Assembly (NCBI GenBank): GCA_964016885.1
Contig: OZ024742.1
Coordinates: forward strand, 231,384,001-231,448,000
Direction: 5' to 3'
Length of the DNA: 64,000 nucleotides
Source of the DNA: Eledone cirrhosa
Taxonomy: Eukaryota
Below the pieces are notes generated by a model. It was not told the origin of the DNA, did not search any database, and was given only the letters and a program-made list of their open reading frames with translations. Below are positions 50,701 through 64,000 of the stretch, in pieces. The position numbers were made by a program, and so were the translations under genes. The stretch's first letter is position 1; each line of letters opens with the position of its first letter.

Positions 50701-53700
50701 ATAACAACGGACGGATCTTGACGAAAACTAGCATATTTACTACTCACTAGCAAAACCAGCACTAGGCCAACAATGCAATGAACCTTGCATTAGAAACTTT
50801 TTGTTAACTCATCTTGTTGAATTATCAAAAATATCAAAAAGATCACCTCATCAATGTGATACCAAATACATCTTTGTACAAACAATGAATACAAATCACC
50901 AAAGTAAAATTAATTCTGCAAACAGTTTAAGTTTATAGTTCATTTCTTTTTCATTTAGGATTCTATAAGTGATAGAAACATCTGCATGTACACAGACAAA
51001 ATAGACAAAAAATGCAACCTGGCTATAATCAACAAGTGTTGAAGTGAATTTTTTTTCATTTCTTTGGTGTAGCATTCAAAACTCCTAAATAAATCCGTAT
51101 CTCTGTATGTCAGTGTAACTTTAATGTGAAATGGATTCAGGGCGCAATCAACATCAGGTCATTTCAACTAAAAGAAATTTTCTCTATGCATATGAAACAC
51201 CGAAAATACACATTAACACATCCATTAACTAATTTATAGATAAATTTTTAACAAGGACTTCCTTCCATCCATTTATATTCACTATTGTTGTTAGTGTTTA
51301 TGAGATTCCCTCTTCTATTTTCCTTCAAGTAAAAGAAATCTTTTCTATATTTCATCTGCCTGTCACCCACCTTGTGAATTATCTCTCTTGATCACTGGCT
51401 GCTGGCCTCTGTCATCTGATGCAGTCAGTGCAGTTATGTACTTTTCAAGAATGCCTTGCCAATGTAGTATGGTACTTATCATGGAAACAAATGAAGGGGA
51501 AGCAACTACTTTAGGTATGTTGAAAATTTAAAAGGAAAATAGTCATCCAAAATTTCATTGTCTATGCTGTAAAGGCATGTGAGCACTGCTCTATCCCTTC
51601 CTCAGACTAACAAAATAAAAACTTAAACAATTATGTAGCTTCAGACATAAACATTCTATTATTTGTAAATCTGAAATTAATGAGATTTTCGAAAAGCATG
51701 ACCTCAAGTAACTGAACCTCATGAAGGAGATAACACAGGACTGAGCTGATTGGCGATATGACATAATATAAAAATTTAAAAAAAAAACATCCAAACATTG
51801 CAACACTACAAGTTCAAGTTATCATGATGACATAATGAAGGCAACAGCGTTTGCTAATTGAACAGAGAAAATATAAGAGTTAAAAGGACTCTTCAGTCTC
51901 GATAAGAATGGAGCCACAAGTGCATCCAGTACATCCTGAAAGGTGGTTGGCATTAGGTATAGGGTACCCAGTCATAAGCACCAAGCCAAATATATGTATG
52001 AGGAAGAGAATATCACTGACTATAACCTATGCTAGCATGAAAAACAGACATAAAATGATGAATTACATTAAACAACTTGAGTTGGTTAACCTTTTAGCTC
52101 ATTTGATACCAACCCAGTTAAAGCCACACCTGTTTCTATGAAACAAAATTACCTATTTCAAAGAGTTCCTATCTAAATATCTTCCAACATAATTTGGTAT
52201 AAAAACCATTTAAGTTATATTGCAAATAACATCTTAACCCTTTAGCATTTACACCGGCCATATCCGGCCAGAATTCTCTCATCTCTTTCTGTTCAAACCA
52301 GCTATGCTTATGCTAAAGTATTGTTCTTAAATAATATCAAGATATAGCAGATTCGATATTATGTGAGATAATTATGTGAAATAAAGTGTTTTCCATGAAA
52401 ATACAAGAGTTAATATAGAGTAATGTAAATGATATTTTAGGAAATCCCTCCAAACTCTTCATTAATTGAAATACAGTGCATGTCATTTGAAATATAAACA
52501 TTTCAAAATAAACAACTTTGCATCATAAAACTAGGGACAGTTTCAGGCAGTAAGGTATCAAAAGGGTTAAAAAATGTGGAAAAAACATGTACTCAAACAT
52601 AATTTACTAACTGACAAGGGTCAGGTAGCTTTTAAAGAAAATATTGAGATTTTATTTTACACACCTGACTCAAGATAATACCCACAGTGAACAATTCAAC
52701 TTCATAAGAACCATGAAAAATATTTGTTCTGGGCAAACTCTTAAATAGTGTGTATAAGTCTAAATAACACATGGATATAATACAAAAAAAATCTTGGGCC
52801 TCAAAAATGGATAAATTAGTTATAAGTTTTAATATTGTTGCAGTGCATATCTATGTAGATTTAGCATATCAGATTTCTCAGACGTTTTAATGATACTTGT
52901 TACAGCTCACACATGCAGGTTAACTGATCTCCTACAAGGTTGCCTCTCACAAGGCATCAGCCCTATAATAAAAAAACTTCCCCTAGAATGGATGTCTGTC
53001 CATTTTCAGGGATTAGCTACCAGCTGTTGCTGGTATTCATTTTTGTCAGTTGTGTGGGCTGGAGCAGTCTGAAAGGAATTGTATTTTTCAAAGAGGTGCC
53101 ACCCAGTCAAAGAATCAAACCCACAACCTTATCCTTAATCCAACACCCTAGCCACAATATTCAGTATGAGAAGCTTGTCAATTCAATATTTTAAAATTTA
53201 CAATTCACTCCATATATTACTATATTAGACAACTGTAGTCTAATTTTTTTTTCAATTCCAAGAACCAAAGCATTTGTTATATGCTATGAGAAGTGGTACC
53301 CAATACATTGTAAAGTTTCACTAACTTGTAATACACTGGAACCTTTCTAAAGTGAACAAAAAACCCACTAGGTTGCAATAATTTGTGACACCAAACTTTT
53401 CTTTTCATTTGTTATTAACTAAATTTTTTTAAATATCAAAATGAGGACGAATAAAATTAGGCAAAGGCCCTGTACTGCCCTAACATGGACACAGCTTTCA
53501 AAATTAATATATGTAAGAGTTACAAGGAAGCCAGCTATAATTGCCTCGAAATGGACCCCATGGTGGGTATGAAGCTTTTTATGGGGACCATAAATTGTTT
53601 TAGTAAGGAAAATGGCCTTAAAATACTACTGTCATTATGATATAGCTTCCCAAGCTGACACGATTTGGGCAAGTAGTTAGTTCTTATTTGGAGGTTCTGT

Positions 53701-54149
53701 CTGCTTAGAGATGGGAGAACCACACCTCAATTATACAATCTAATTTTTAGCATGGTTTCTACAGAGTGAACTCCACCAAGGACATACAAGGTGGAAGTGG
53801 TGATGTTCAACTATAAAAGAGATATGAATTCCTTTTTTTTTATGCATGGCAGAATTAATTTTACATATGAATTTCCATGTTGGCATGCACTGGACAAGAT
53901 TCACAGTCGGAGACATAAGTCACAGAAACGACATCTGGTTCATACATTCCGACCACTTCACAAAGTGTACCGGGTGCATTTTATCATGGCCCCATCACTA
54001 CCATTTCACTAAGTGTATTTGGTATATTCCAACGTCAAAGTACACGAATAAGAAAAATTATGAAAGAATACATTCAGAAATTAAAAAACAAAAATATTTA
54101 ACCACTTCACAATGAAGATGAGATTAGCTAAGTATTAAAGATTACTTAC

Positions 54150-54350
54150 CTATATTCTTGTCATCCACTTCTTTTTTGGTCGGTTCTGAGATTATTTCTT
54201 TATTTTCAGCTTCTTTTTCTACATTATTTTCATTACCAATTACTTTTCCTTTCTTCTTAGCCATTTTGTTATTATTATTATTATTGTTGTTGTTATTATT
54301 ATTACTAGTATTACTACTACTACTACTATTATTACTACTACTACTACTAC

Positions 54351-54383
<33 letters not shown>

Positions 54384-54647
54384 TTGTGGCAGTGGCGGTG
54401 GTTGTTGTGGTGCTGTTGTTGTTACTATTTGGTAAGCTAACAGAACTAGACTGTTCTTTTATTTTAGACTCCTCAATGACAACAGGAGAAAGTTTTTCGT
54501 CAACTGTGCTTTCTTTTTGTGGTGATGTGTCCCTATCTACAGAGACTTCTTTTACCCTATCAGTATTCTCACTCGATTCCTGTGAACTTTCATCAAAAGA
54601 CTGCTCACTCTCGCGTTGTTTCCGTCGTAGTTCTTCTAGTTCTTCCT
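54150..54647 (-). CDS. ACIN1: Acinus coding exon A (498 nt, phase 1-1), acidic/Ser-rich with poly-Thr/Asn/Ser tract
   Basis: TTTTCAG acceptor and G|GTAAGT donor. Open frame EELEELRRKQRESEQSFDESSQE...KMAKKKGKVIGNENNVEKEAENKEIISEPTKKEVDDKNI. Phase joins the next exon (G|AT). Confidence 0.8.
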
Positions 54648-55249
54648 CTGAAAAGTAAAATAATCAAAATAAATTAGTTGACGTTATAAAAATTCATTAA
54701 AATCAACAAAAATAAGTGTTTTAAGACAATTTTCCCTGCTAAGGAAGAGGGGTGGCTTTGTGTGAGCCCTGAGAGGTTTCATAACTCCTCATGGGATCCT
54801 TTTTGAGGAAATGTTAATCAATATTTTTTTTTTTATTTAAAAATCCAAATTAGTTCTAAATTTGCAACAATTAAAAAAAATAGATATTTCTATACTACAA
54901 ACAAACTTGTATATCAACTATTAACATCCTGTAATAATTTAACAGAATATATATATATAAATGGCGGTGCCCCAGCATGACCTCAGACCCTCGGCTGGAA
55001 CACGTAATAGAGTTGTCTTGATGTGGCTTCATATGGTACAAGGAGTTATGAGAAATGCAGGATCTGAAATGTGTTCATCATCCATCATCATCATTTTACG
55101 TCCGCTTTTCCCTGCTTGCAAGGGTGGGAAGGGGAATGATTCTGGCTTGATTTCTACAGCTGGATGCACTTCCTAACACCAACCTCATTTTACAGTGAGT
55201 ACGACCACTTTGAAGTGGAATGATAGGGATCCCAGTTCTATCATCTCAT

Positions 55250-55390
55250 TTCTACAGCTGAGTAAACTGGAGCAATGTGAAATAAAATGTCTTGCTCAAG
55301 GAAACAACATATCACCCGGTCTGAGAATTGAACTCACAACCTTTCGATTGCAAGCCCAATGCTCTAACCACTAAGCCATGTGCCTCCAAT
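55250..55390 (-). mobile_element. Second tRNA-derived SINE family (CORE/Meta-like CCTTGAGCAAGACA core); copies near 5880-6000, 7975-8065, 26355-26560, 39740-39860
   Basis: Minus strand reads GGAGGCACATGGCTTAGTGGTTAGAGCATTGGGC...GAGTTCAATTCTC...TTCCTTGAGCAAGACATTTTATTTCAC. Confidence 0.7.
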
Positions 55391-55549
55391 CTTGTTAGAA
55401 AATATTTATGTAAGCAACAAAATTCTTGGTTGGGGTCTAGGGAACTTACTATTTTTTTTTTTTAAACCTGAAATCTATAATATATTATTATGACACATTT
55501 ACTTAATCAGATGGTTGCACCACAAGACTTTTAGTACATTGTGAAATGA

Positions 55550-58420
55550 GAATTCCCCTATAAAAAACGAATTCATCGTACGTTTCTTTTATCCTCCGGA
55601 GCGCACCTTATCCTGGGAAGGCTGGTATCTTTGACAATAGAGTTCGAAATAAGAAAATATCTCATCGCAATCAAGGGGAGGGGGGAATAACATACAATGA
55701 ATCCGGCAATTTTGTGATTTTATTTCGAACTGTAATGTCGAGGATTCAGAAATAAAAAGAAATTAAGTGACAGATACATATATTAAAAGCCTCGAATTTA
55801 GTGTTTGGAAAAAGAAAACTATATTACATAGATCCAGTACTTGACTGGTACTTTATTAAATCGACCGACCGGCGAAGGCCAAGTTAAGTCCGGCGGGATT
55901 TGAACACAGAACGTAACAAACCGTGACTAAATACTAAAAAACAACGCTGAACGTTTCTGCCAAAAATATGACAAGTTAAATACAAAAAACTGTGATATTA
56001 CAATAAAATTCACGTGGTTATGACAGAAAACTAAGTTTTCGTTATAATTGTTAACTTTCTACTAAAACCAAACTGAGAATAAATCTATTTTTACATACAG
56101 ACAGATGTATTAATTCCTTCGCAGTATGTTTTTTTAAGAGATTTTTTTTTTAAGAAAAAGAACTGCAGTCATGAACTGAACTATATATAACAAAGTTCTA
56201 CAATCATGCGTGTGTGGAGACACCAAATGGAGGTAGAATTTTGTTAAATTGTAATGATAAATGACGGGATATATGTATTAGCGGTTATCTAATACTAAGA
56301 TATTATATATAAACACACGCACAGAGATTCAAATAGAGAGAACGGTTTAAAGTATGGTTGGATTAAACTGACGAAAGAAAATCGGTGCTTATAAAAAAAA
56401 AAAAAATAGCTATTAAAAACGATATTAAAATAGGGGCAATTTACGTAGCAGGACACGACATATCACACGCACAAAATGTCTATAGACAGACACACAATCA
56501 ACCAAAGCCGCCGTGTTTGTGTGTGTATATATATATATATATATACACACACAAATATATACATATACATAAATACAATTGCCTCCTGTGTTTTGTTCGT
56601 TCATTTTCAACTATATATATATATATACACACACATACAAATACATATATATATACATAGACGTACATATGTGTTTAAATAGACACACACACACAGAAAG
56701 CCGCCATATCTGGCGAATGATGATAAGCAGGACAGAAGTGTTAAAAGAAAAACCAGCAAAAGATTGAAACACGAAAAAAAAAAGGTAAATAATTTATTCA
56801 ATAAAAGAACGAAATTTGCATCCCTAAATCACCCGACAAAATCAGTGTATATACACATCTTACATAGAAAAGTGTGCGTGGTGAATGTATAATATACATA
56901 GATATGTGTGTATATAGATACACACACATCTCTGTACGTTTATATATATAATATACACATAGCTAGGCTAAAGAGCCTCCCCGCTCATGGCACCGAACAA
57001 AGCAATTTATATCCCTTACTAAAATAGATTGCTAAATACAAGCCGAGACAGCGAAGGCGAAAGAGACAATGGATGATTTTGTTCGGGGTTATGAGGAAAG
57101 GAAAAAGGTTTTGAAAATAAATAAAAATAAAAATAAAAACTTGAGTAATTTATCTATAAAGAGAGATGGACTGAAAGAGGGAACGGGCACATTTAACCTG
57201 CTAAGCATTTAATACATCCCGACATGGAAAATAATCTTCACTATCACAAATGTGATTTTGTGTCTTATGTATGTCTGAGTGTGTGATAGCACTAATATAT
57301 AACATTATTTCGTATCAATCAACCAAGATACATACGACAAACATATATATATATATATATATATATATTATTTGATTACTGAGTATAGCTAGACCAAATA
57401 ATCGTTAACGTAACGGTTTAAGCTTGACCGTAGGGCCAATTTTATATATTTATGAGAGATTGTGATCGTGTATCTATGTCTATTTCTTATAGCACTAATA
57501 TATAAATAAAATAAAAATAGTATTAGACATTCTGCCGTCATGTTTTTTTTAAATTCTTTTATAATAAAAAATGATCTATGTAGAAAATCTAGAAAGATTA
57601 AGAGGCCGTTCGTATGCTAGCATAGAAGGGTAGATAGATTGTGGTCAGTGTTGAAAGAGAAAGAGTGAAAGGAATATGAGAAGAATGAATAAGCAAGTGT
57701 ATTATAATATATAGTCATTTTAGATAGAAAAATTACATTGAGGTGGCGGCGACCTTGCTGTTAAAATGAGGACAAAAGATTTGGACAGGGGAAGAAAAAA
57801 GTACGATATAAAGAAAATATAATTTTTTCGTCTTCTTAAAACTATAATCTTTTACACATTTTAAAATTCTCAACCGACGTGATCGATGAGATTTGACAAA
57901 AAGCCACCGAAATTTTTTTTCACTTTCTCAATACATCGGCCATTTCTATATACATAACAGTAATAATGTGGCAGAATTATTATTCTGCAACCGCTAACAA
58001 AGATAGTTGGAAATAATTTAAACTGTGGTTGACTTAGTGGGCTTGTTTTAATGATTTCTTCTGGTATCATATGTATATAAAATATAATAAGTAATAAGAT
58101 AATGTTTTTCACATAGAGTAAATTAGAAATACGTCTAATACTTACATCCGTTTCCTCCGAATGAGGAAGGCGAAACGCAGCAAGGTCATATGTTCGTTAA
58201 ATACATTCTGGCATTCTACTGCACTACGATTAGCACAGCAGATTGACAGAATGCCGTTCGGTTAAACTAATCGACTATAACGTTCGTTTTTGTTTTAAAA
58301 ATTATATATTATTTTTTTTCTATTTGTCGTATTATGATAATTTAATTTTAAATTACCTTAAAAATTTTCAAAAGTAAAAACTACCTTGAGATTGGCGTTT
58401 TTGTTCACATTTACTGAGAA
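55550..58420 (-). promoter_or_regulatory. Candidate internal promoter / alternative first exon region of Acinus
   Basis: CpG is visibly more frequent than in the flanking introns. CCAAT on the minus strand at 58391-58395. Strong GTAAGT donor at 58145. Confidence 0.45.
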
Positions 58421-61400
58421 GATAACGAATGACATTTAAAACATATTTTACAATTTCTTTTTACTTTTAAAATTTAATTAAAACTGATATGGTGCAAGAA
58501 ATATTTGAAAATATAAATGAAGCAGAACTGTGGGAATTCATATATAATTAATAATTTTAATAATACTTCTACAGAACAAAAATGCTACTCCTAAACATAT
58601 ATATATGTATATGTGTGTATATATATATTAATTTATTTTGTTCGAGTAAGAGACCAATTTTAAATAAGTACTCAATACATGTTAATAGTTTTAATCTGTA
58701 GAGGAGAAAAAAGATGATAAAAGATAATTTACAAAGCTGTTTTTAATTAGACCAAGTTTAAAATGACTCAGCAAATTAATGCATTTATATATTTCTTCAA
58801 TAAGATTCTTTTTTTTTTTTTTTACTGAATAACCAAGAAAAAGAGGGCAAAGCTGATGGTTCTTTTCGTGGCTTTTGGGATTGGTGGGAAAGGGGTAGGA
58901 AAGTATCCTCAAACTGAGCTCAATACTTGCAACAGCAGACTCTACTAAAGGCAGGCAAGGGTCACATGGCAACAGAATAAGTCCAGTAACCCACAGCAGG
59001 ATTTCGGACAAATACTGCAAGACACCATTAACCCTTTAGTATTTACATTACTCTATATTTACTATAGTATTTTCATGGTAAAGGTTTTACCTCACATAAT
59101 ATAGAATCTATGAGATTTTGATATTTATTTTCAGAACAATACCTTAATATCAATATGAGTGGCCAGTTACAGCCAGTTTGAACAGAAAGAGGTGAGAGAC
59201 TGCTGGCCGGTTTAAGCATGGCTTAAATGCCACCAGCTTTCCTTCACAGCTCAAGCCAGTGGAGTTAGGCCAAGACGATGGCATCAAAATCTACTCATTC
59301 CTCAGTGAAAGGCAACATATGATAACATTTTCTCTGCAGAAGTGTGCCTCACAAGTTGGAATGGCTATTACAACATCTTCCTCGCTATCCTCCAGAGTAA
59401 CGCTTTCTCCATGAAGCAGCTTGTGTCCGGAGTTCAGCATGCCAGAGAATCCTCCTCCCCCACAATAACCAGGTTTGTATCATTGAAGTAACAATGGAAT
59501 AGGTTGCTAACTACAACACATGTTGATACACAGGCACATAAATTATGAATAGTCACCGATATAGTTTAGAAAACAGCAGCTTGATAATTAAAAAGTGTGT
59601 TGTTTTATTAATATTTCTACAATTATCAATACTGCAAAATCAATACCCCTAAATTAGTACTTTATTTTATCGACCCTGCTAGGATAAAAGGCAAAGTTGA
59701 ATCTAGTGGGGTTTGAACTCAGAGCACAGACAACCAAAATAAATAGCACAAAGAATTCTATCCAATATTCCAATGACTGCTAATTTGCCTGCTACTAAAA
59801 AAACTACCACAGTAGTCATTCCCAATCAAGTATGATGTGGTGGTATGTACCACACATTCATTAAGGGTTTTATGTACCCAAGCAGTCATATAAACACAGA
59901 CTCCCTCTTAACATTACCTCTTTGAACCAGTAAAACATCCAGGATGTGACAGCTGAAAGGAAAGAGACTGCATTGGCACTGGATTGGTGCTTCGTCAAGA
60001 TATAACAACCTTGGTGGAATTTGAACTCCGAATGCAGAGATCCGGAACAAATATACAACACATTAACAACTCTACCAAACTATTTGCATAAACTTTCACC
60101 TGCACTGTAAAATACAAGAATATTAACTGAACTTTCTACATAATTATATATAATAAAACAGTGAAATCTGCAAAAACTATATATGGTGTATGTTGGCAAA
60201 CAGTAATATAAGGAATAGTTTCTAACTTAGGCACAGGGCCAGCAATGTTAGTGGGGAAGGAAAAGTTGGTTAAATTGACTAGTACATTATTTTATAGACC
60301 CCATAAGGATGAAAGACAAAGCTGACCTTGGCAAATGTTTACTATAGCTTCAAGCTGACCATTGTCTTGTGAGTGGGATTTGGTAGGCAGAAACTGCAGA
60401 AATGTATTGTGTATGCATACACACACAGAGACATTAAATGATGACGATATATGTATAATAATTAAATATGTTTATATATACATGTATAGACATAACCTCA
60501 GAGATGATGAAGGAACACTGCACATGGAGGAGGGCTGTGCTAGGAAGAACCCATCCAATACATGCAAGCATAGAAAAATGGACATATGAAGATGATATAT
60601 GAGCATATATATACATGTAAGGTGGTCGTGTAGGAGGAGCCACGACAAAAAGCACACTGTAAATGTGGTTGGCATTAGGAAGGGCATCCAGCCGTAGAAA
60701 CCTAGCCAAAAACAGTTCTATTTGAGCAACACCCAACTTGCCTCTAATCGGTCAACACGCCTAACCTATCCTAGCCTGGAAAATGGACTTTAAACGATGA
60801 TGATGATGATTATATATATATATATATATATTATACACAAGAACATATCTATGTGTTGATGTCTATGTTTACGTTTGTATCTGTATTTGTGTTCCTGGCC
60901 AATAACTTACTAGATTGACAAAACAAATAGTTCGATTATAATCAACTAACTCAACTAAGTACCCGAGCATGGCTGCAGTCAGATGACTGAAACCAGTAAA
61001 AGAGTAAAAGTATTTTATCCAACACTCTAACGATTCTTCCAATTTACTACCCTAAAAGAAAACAAAATACAAATAATTCAAAGAGAAGAATAAATTTTAT
61101 GCCAAGAGGAAAAAAGATGCAAAATTTAACTTTTCAGATAGAGACCTTGATATTGAAAAAGAAAATGCTTCTTTTTTTTTTTTTTGTCTGTCTCTCAAGA
61201 AAGGTTTCTGCTTCTGAAATGTTAAACTTACTTTCTTCCTCACAGCAAAATATTTATTCAAGTGTTAGAATTATGTGTAGCCACATAACTGATACTGTAA
61301 AACTGGTTGCCATAGAGTTACCCTTGACATCATCATCATGAAGATACTATTAGTACAAAAAACACTAAAGACAATACAAATAAACAGGGACATTGGGGGT

Positions 61401-63610
61401 TTACATAAAGCAAGTAAACACACAAAAAAAAGAAACAAGTAACAAAGTAACAATAAATTAATAACAATTCCCCAATAGGATCACCCTAAATTGCAAAGAG
61501 CACCATAGAAAATGCCCCTATCCCCTGTTTTCACCAGCTTACATTTTGCTAATGTGGTTTTATGCAATACAAGACATTAAGAGTTGATGTGAATGAGAAA
61601 ATCCAGCATTTTCTATCAGTAATAAATTCCTCAATTATTTTCAATAACCAAGACTATCTATGTTATCATGGTTTAGGACATATGGTAGTTGATATATATA
61701 TTTTCTATATAAAAGAAATATATAAAATGGGAACAGAAGTAGTAGCTACTTCCTGACCAGTTGCTATAAAAATTTCAGAAAATTGTAGCACAAACTTTTC
61801 AAAACTTAACAGGTTGTGTTAGAAAAGAACAAAATAAAAACTGACCCAGGATAAAGAAAACTGTCAACATTCCTTAATACAGGGAACTCACCTTCCCACA
61901 CAAGCAAGATGAAATAAGCATATGGAAGATAGATAGTCCCCACCAATCTGTTAGTATGCTCCACCAAAAAAAATTACCCAAGATTGATATAACAGACGAC
62001 ATCCCCATCCTGTACAACAGGAAACTCGCCTTCCCACACAAGCCAGCTGAAACAAGCACAAAGAGAATGGACCCCAACCAGCCAGTGTGCTCCCAACTTC
62101 CCCCAATGCTATCTCTCTCCCCACCTGAAACCCTGAAGCAGAGAGATAGGTACAACACTCGGGTTCACCCCACCTCCCACCATACCTAACAGTATACTCC
62201 CGAATTCCCTGCTGGCATGCCCATGATTCCCTTCCCCCACCCAGACATACCCTACACTATCAGACAACACCCACTTGCTCCAATCCAAGTTCTCAAGGAA
62301 AGCTAGGCATACTTCACAGTGTCATGCACCACCCACCAACCCAAGGCAACCCCCATGATGCCTCCCCTCTCTCCCACAGTAGCATATTAACACCCTCTAC
62401 ACACACATTTAGGCCAACAAGGGAAACCATGTACCCCCTATATGTCACACACTATCCTTTACTTCAAGGGCCCCCTACCCAATGAGATGGCTGAAGCTGG
62501 TGTTAAGAAGGGCATCCACCACAGAAACCATGTTCCCAGTACACTCTGTAAAGTGGTAGTGCTGGTATCACCAAGAACATTGTGTATTCCTTCCCAAGTA
62601 GTTATGGAAATGACACCATCTGTCTCCAAAGTAGATTTTGAGGAGCATTCTAAAGCTGTAATCCATGGAGGAAGAGAGAAATCAGACATTTAAGGGCGGT
62701 ATAGAAGAGTCATCAACCCTTGTGGAACAAAGTCAAACTAATAGAGAATAACACTGAAAGACAAGACAAGCAATTTAAAGAATCAGAGCATGTACACAGA
62801 ATTTAAAAACATTAAAGTCAAATGCAAACTATTCTCTCATCAAACTTCAAAGGAAACTCAAAGACTTGGTCTTGAAGTCCGGAAATTGCTCCCCAAACTT
62901 GAGGCAAAACTGATCTGGAAAAAAGGGCATTATATTATAAGAATAATGACATAAGTTTTAATATAAAAATGAGATGTTAACACTATCATGAATGCAATCT
63001 TAATCTCTCTCTTACACACACTGTATTTTAATTAGCAGGCAAAAAGAGTTCCAATATTCTACATAATAACATATGCAACATCTATACAGCCGGATGGCTG
63101 GAACAGACAAAAGAGTAAAAGAGTAACTCTTATGTGCTTAATTAATGAAATACACTGGTATTTGAATTAATGAAATATTTGGAGGGATTTACTGAAATTA
63201 TTAATTATTTCATGAAGATGCTATTTGTAACATAAGATTCACATACCAAAATATATGTTAGGTTTTTAATTCAAATAAGAACTCTTAAAAATGGGTGGTT
63301 TTGTTTCACAGAAACAGACAATTTAGGGCAGGTTGATATCAAATGAGTTAACACTTTTGGTTCCAACCCACCTGAAACTGCTGCTGGTTTTATTATAGAA
63401 AACTGCTTGTCTTAAGATGTTTATATTTATCTCAAAACCTTCCATCATAATTATATGTAAGAACCTTTGTTAAGTTATGCTCCAAACACCAGTTTAATGA
63501 TGATAATTCTTTTTTATTTTCCAAATTATTTGAAAATCAGTTCTTATTTGAAATATGATAATGAAAGAATTAATGAAATATAATGAATAATCTCCATAAG
63601 ATTATATATG

Positions 63611-63811
63611 TTAACCCTTTAGCATTTAAACCAGCCATATCTGTCCAGAATTCTCTCACCTTTTTATTCAAACTAGCCATAACCAGCTGCTCATACTTAT
63701 GTTAAAGGATTTTTCTCAATATAAATAATATCAAATAGATTTGATATTATGTGAGATAAAGCCTTTACGTGAAAATACAATAGTAAATATAGAGTAATGC
63801 TAAAGGGTTAA
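63611..63811. mobile_element. piggyBac-type MITE family A, opposite orientation to the 6037 copy
   Basis: TTAA CCCTTTAGCATT ... AATGCTAAAGGG TTAA. Confidence 0.85.
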
Positions 63812-64000
63812 ACAGTAAGATAAATACTTAACACACACATGGAATGGACTGCTGTTGGTTTCAACAATAAGTGTTGCAGTTGTTTGATCAACAACACAGC
63901 CTACTCATGAAATTAACATGCAAGTGGTTAAGGATTCCAGGGACACATGTACCATTAACTTGGTTCTTAGAGAAATTCTCTGTAATACAGTTTGAATTAC

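Noticed and set aside
54158-54658. Plus-strand poly-Leu/Val ORF resembling a membrane protein
   Set aside because: It is the antisense shadow of the poly-N/S/T Acinus exon.

Overview
AT-rich animal genomic DNA. The SINE/MITE/RTE repertoire and microsatellite load suggest an octopus or other coleoid cephalopod; this is pattern recognition, not a database result. The whole window lies inside one minus-strand gene, Acinus (ACIN1). I built 14 consecutive coding exons by hand (54647 down to 2991, 2546 nt, about 849 codons). All have GT-AG boundaries and compatible phases, and they encode RS-rich regions, the RRM and the RNPS1-SAP18-binding (RSB) motif. The SAP-domain 5' exons and the last exon(s) were not found and probably lie outside the window. 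The introns hold a 5'-truncated RTE LINE, a decayed hAT-like transposase, Helitron-like elements, a Tigger-like MITE, many tRNA-derived SINEs, TTAA-type MITEs and long hairpins. The most interesting signal is the exon at 5548-5290, which begins with a perfect 5' splice site (CAG|GTAAGT, a recursive-splicing configuration). Those six bases encode V-S at the position of L-D in the vertebrate caspase-3 site DELD. Re-splicing there would frameshift away the RSB motif, suggesting EJC/ASAP autoregulation. Candidate poison or alternative exons and an internal promoter are also present.
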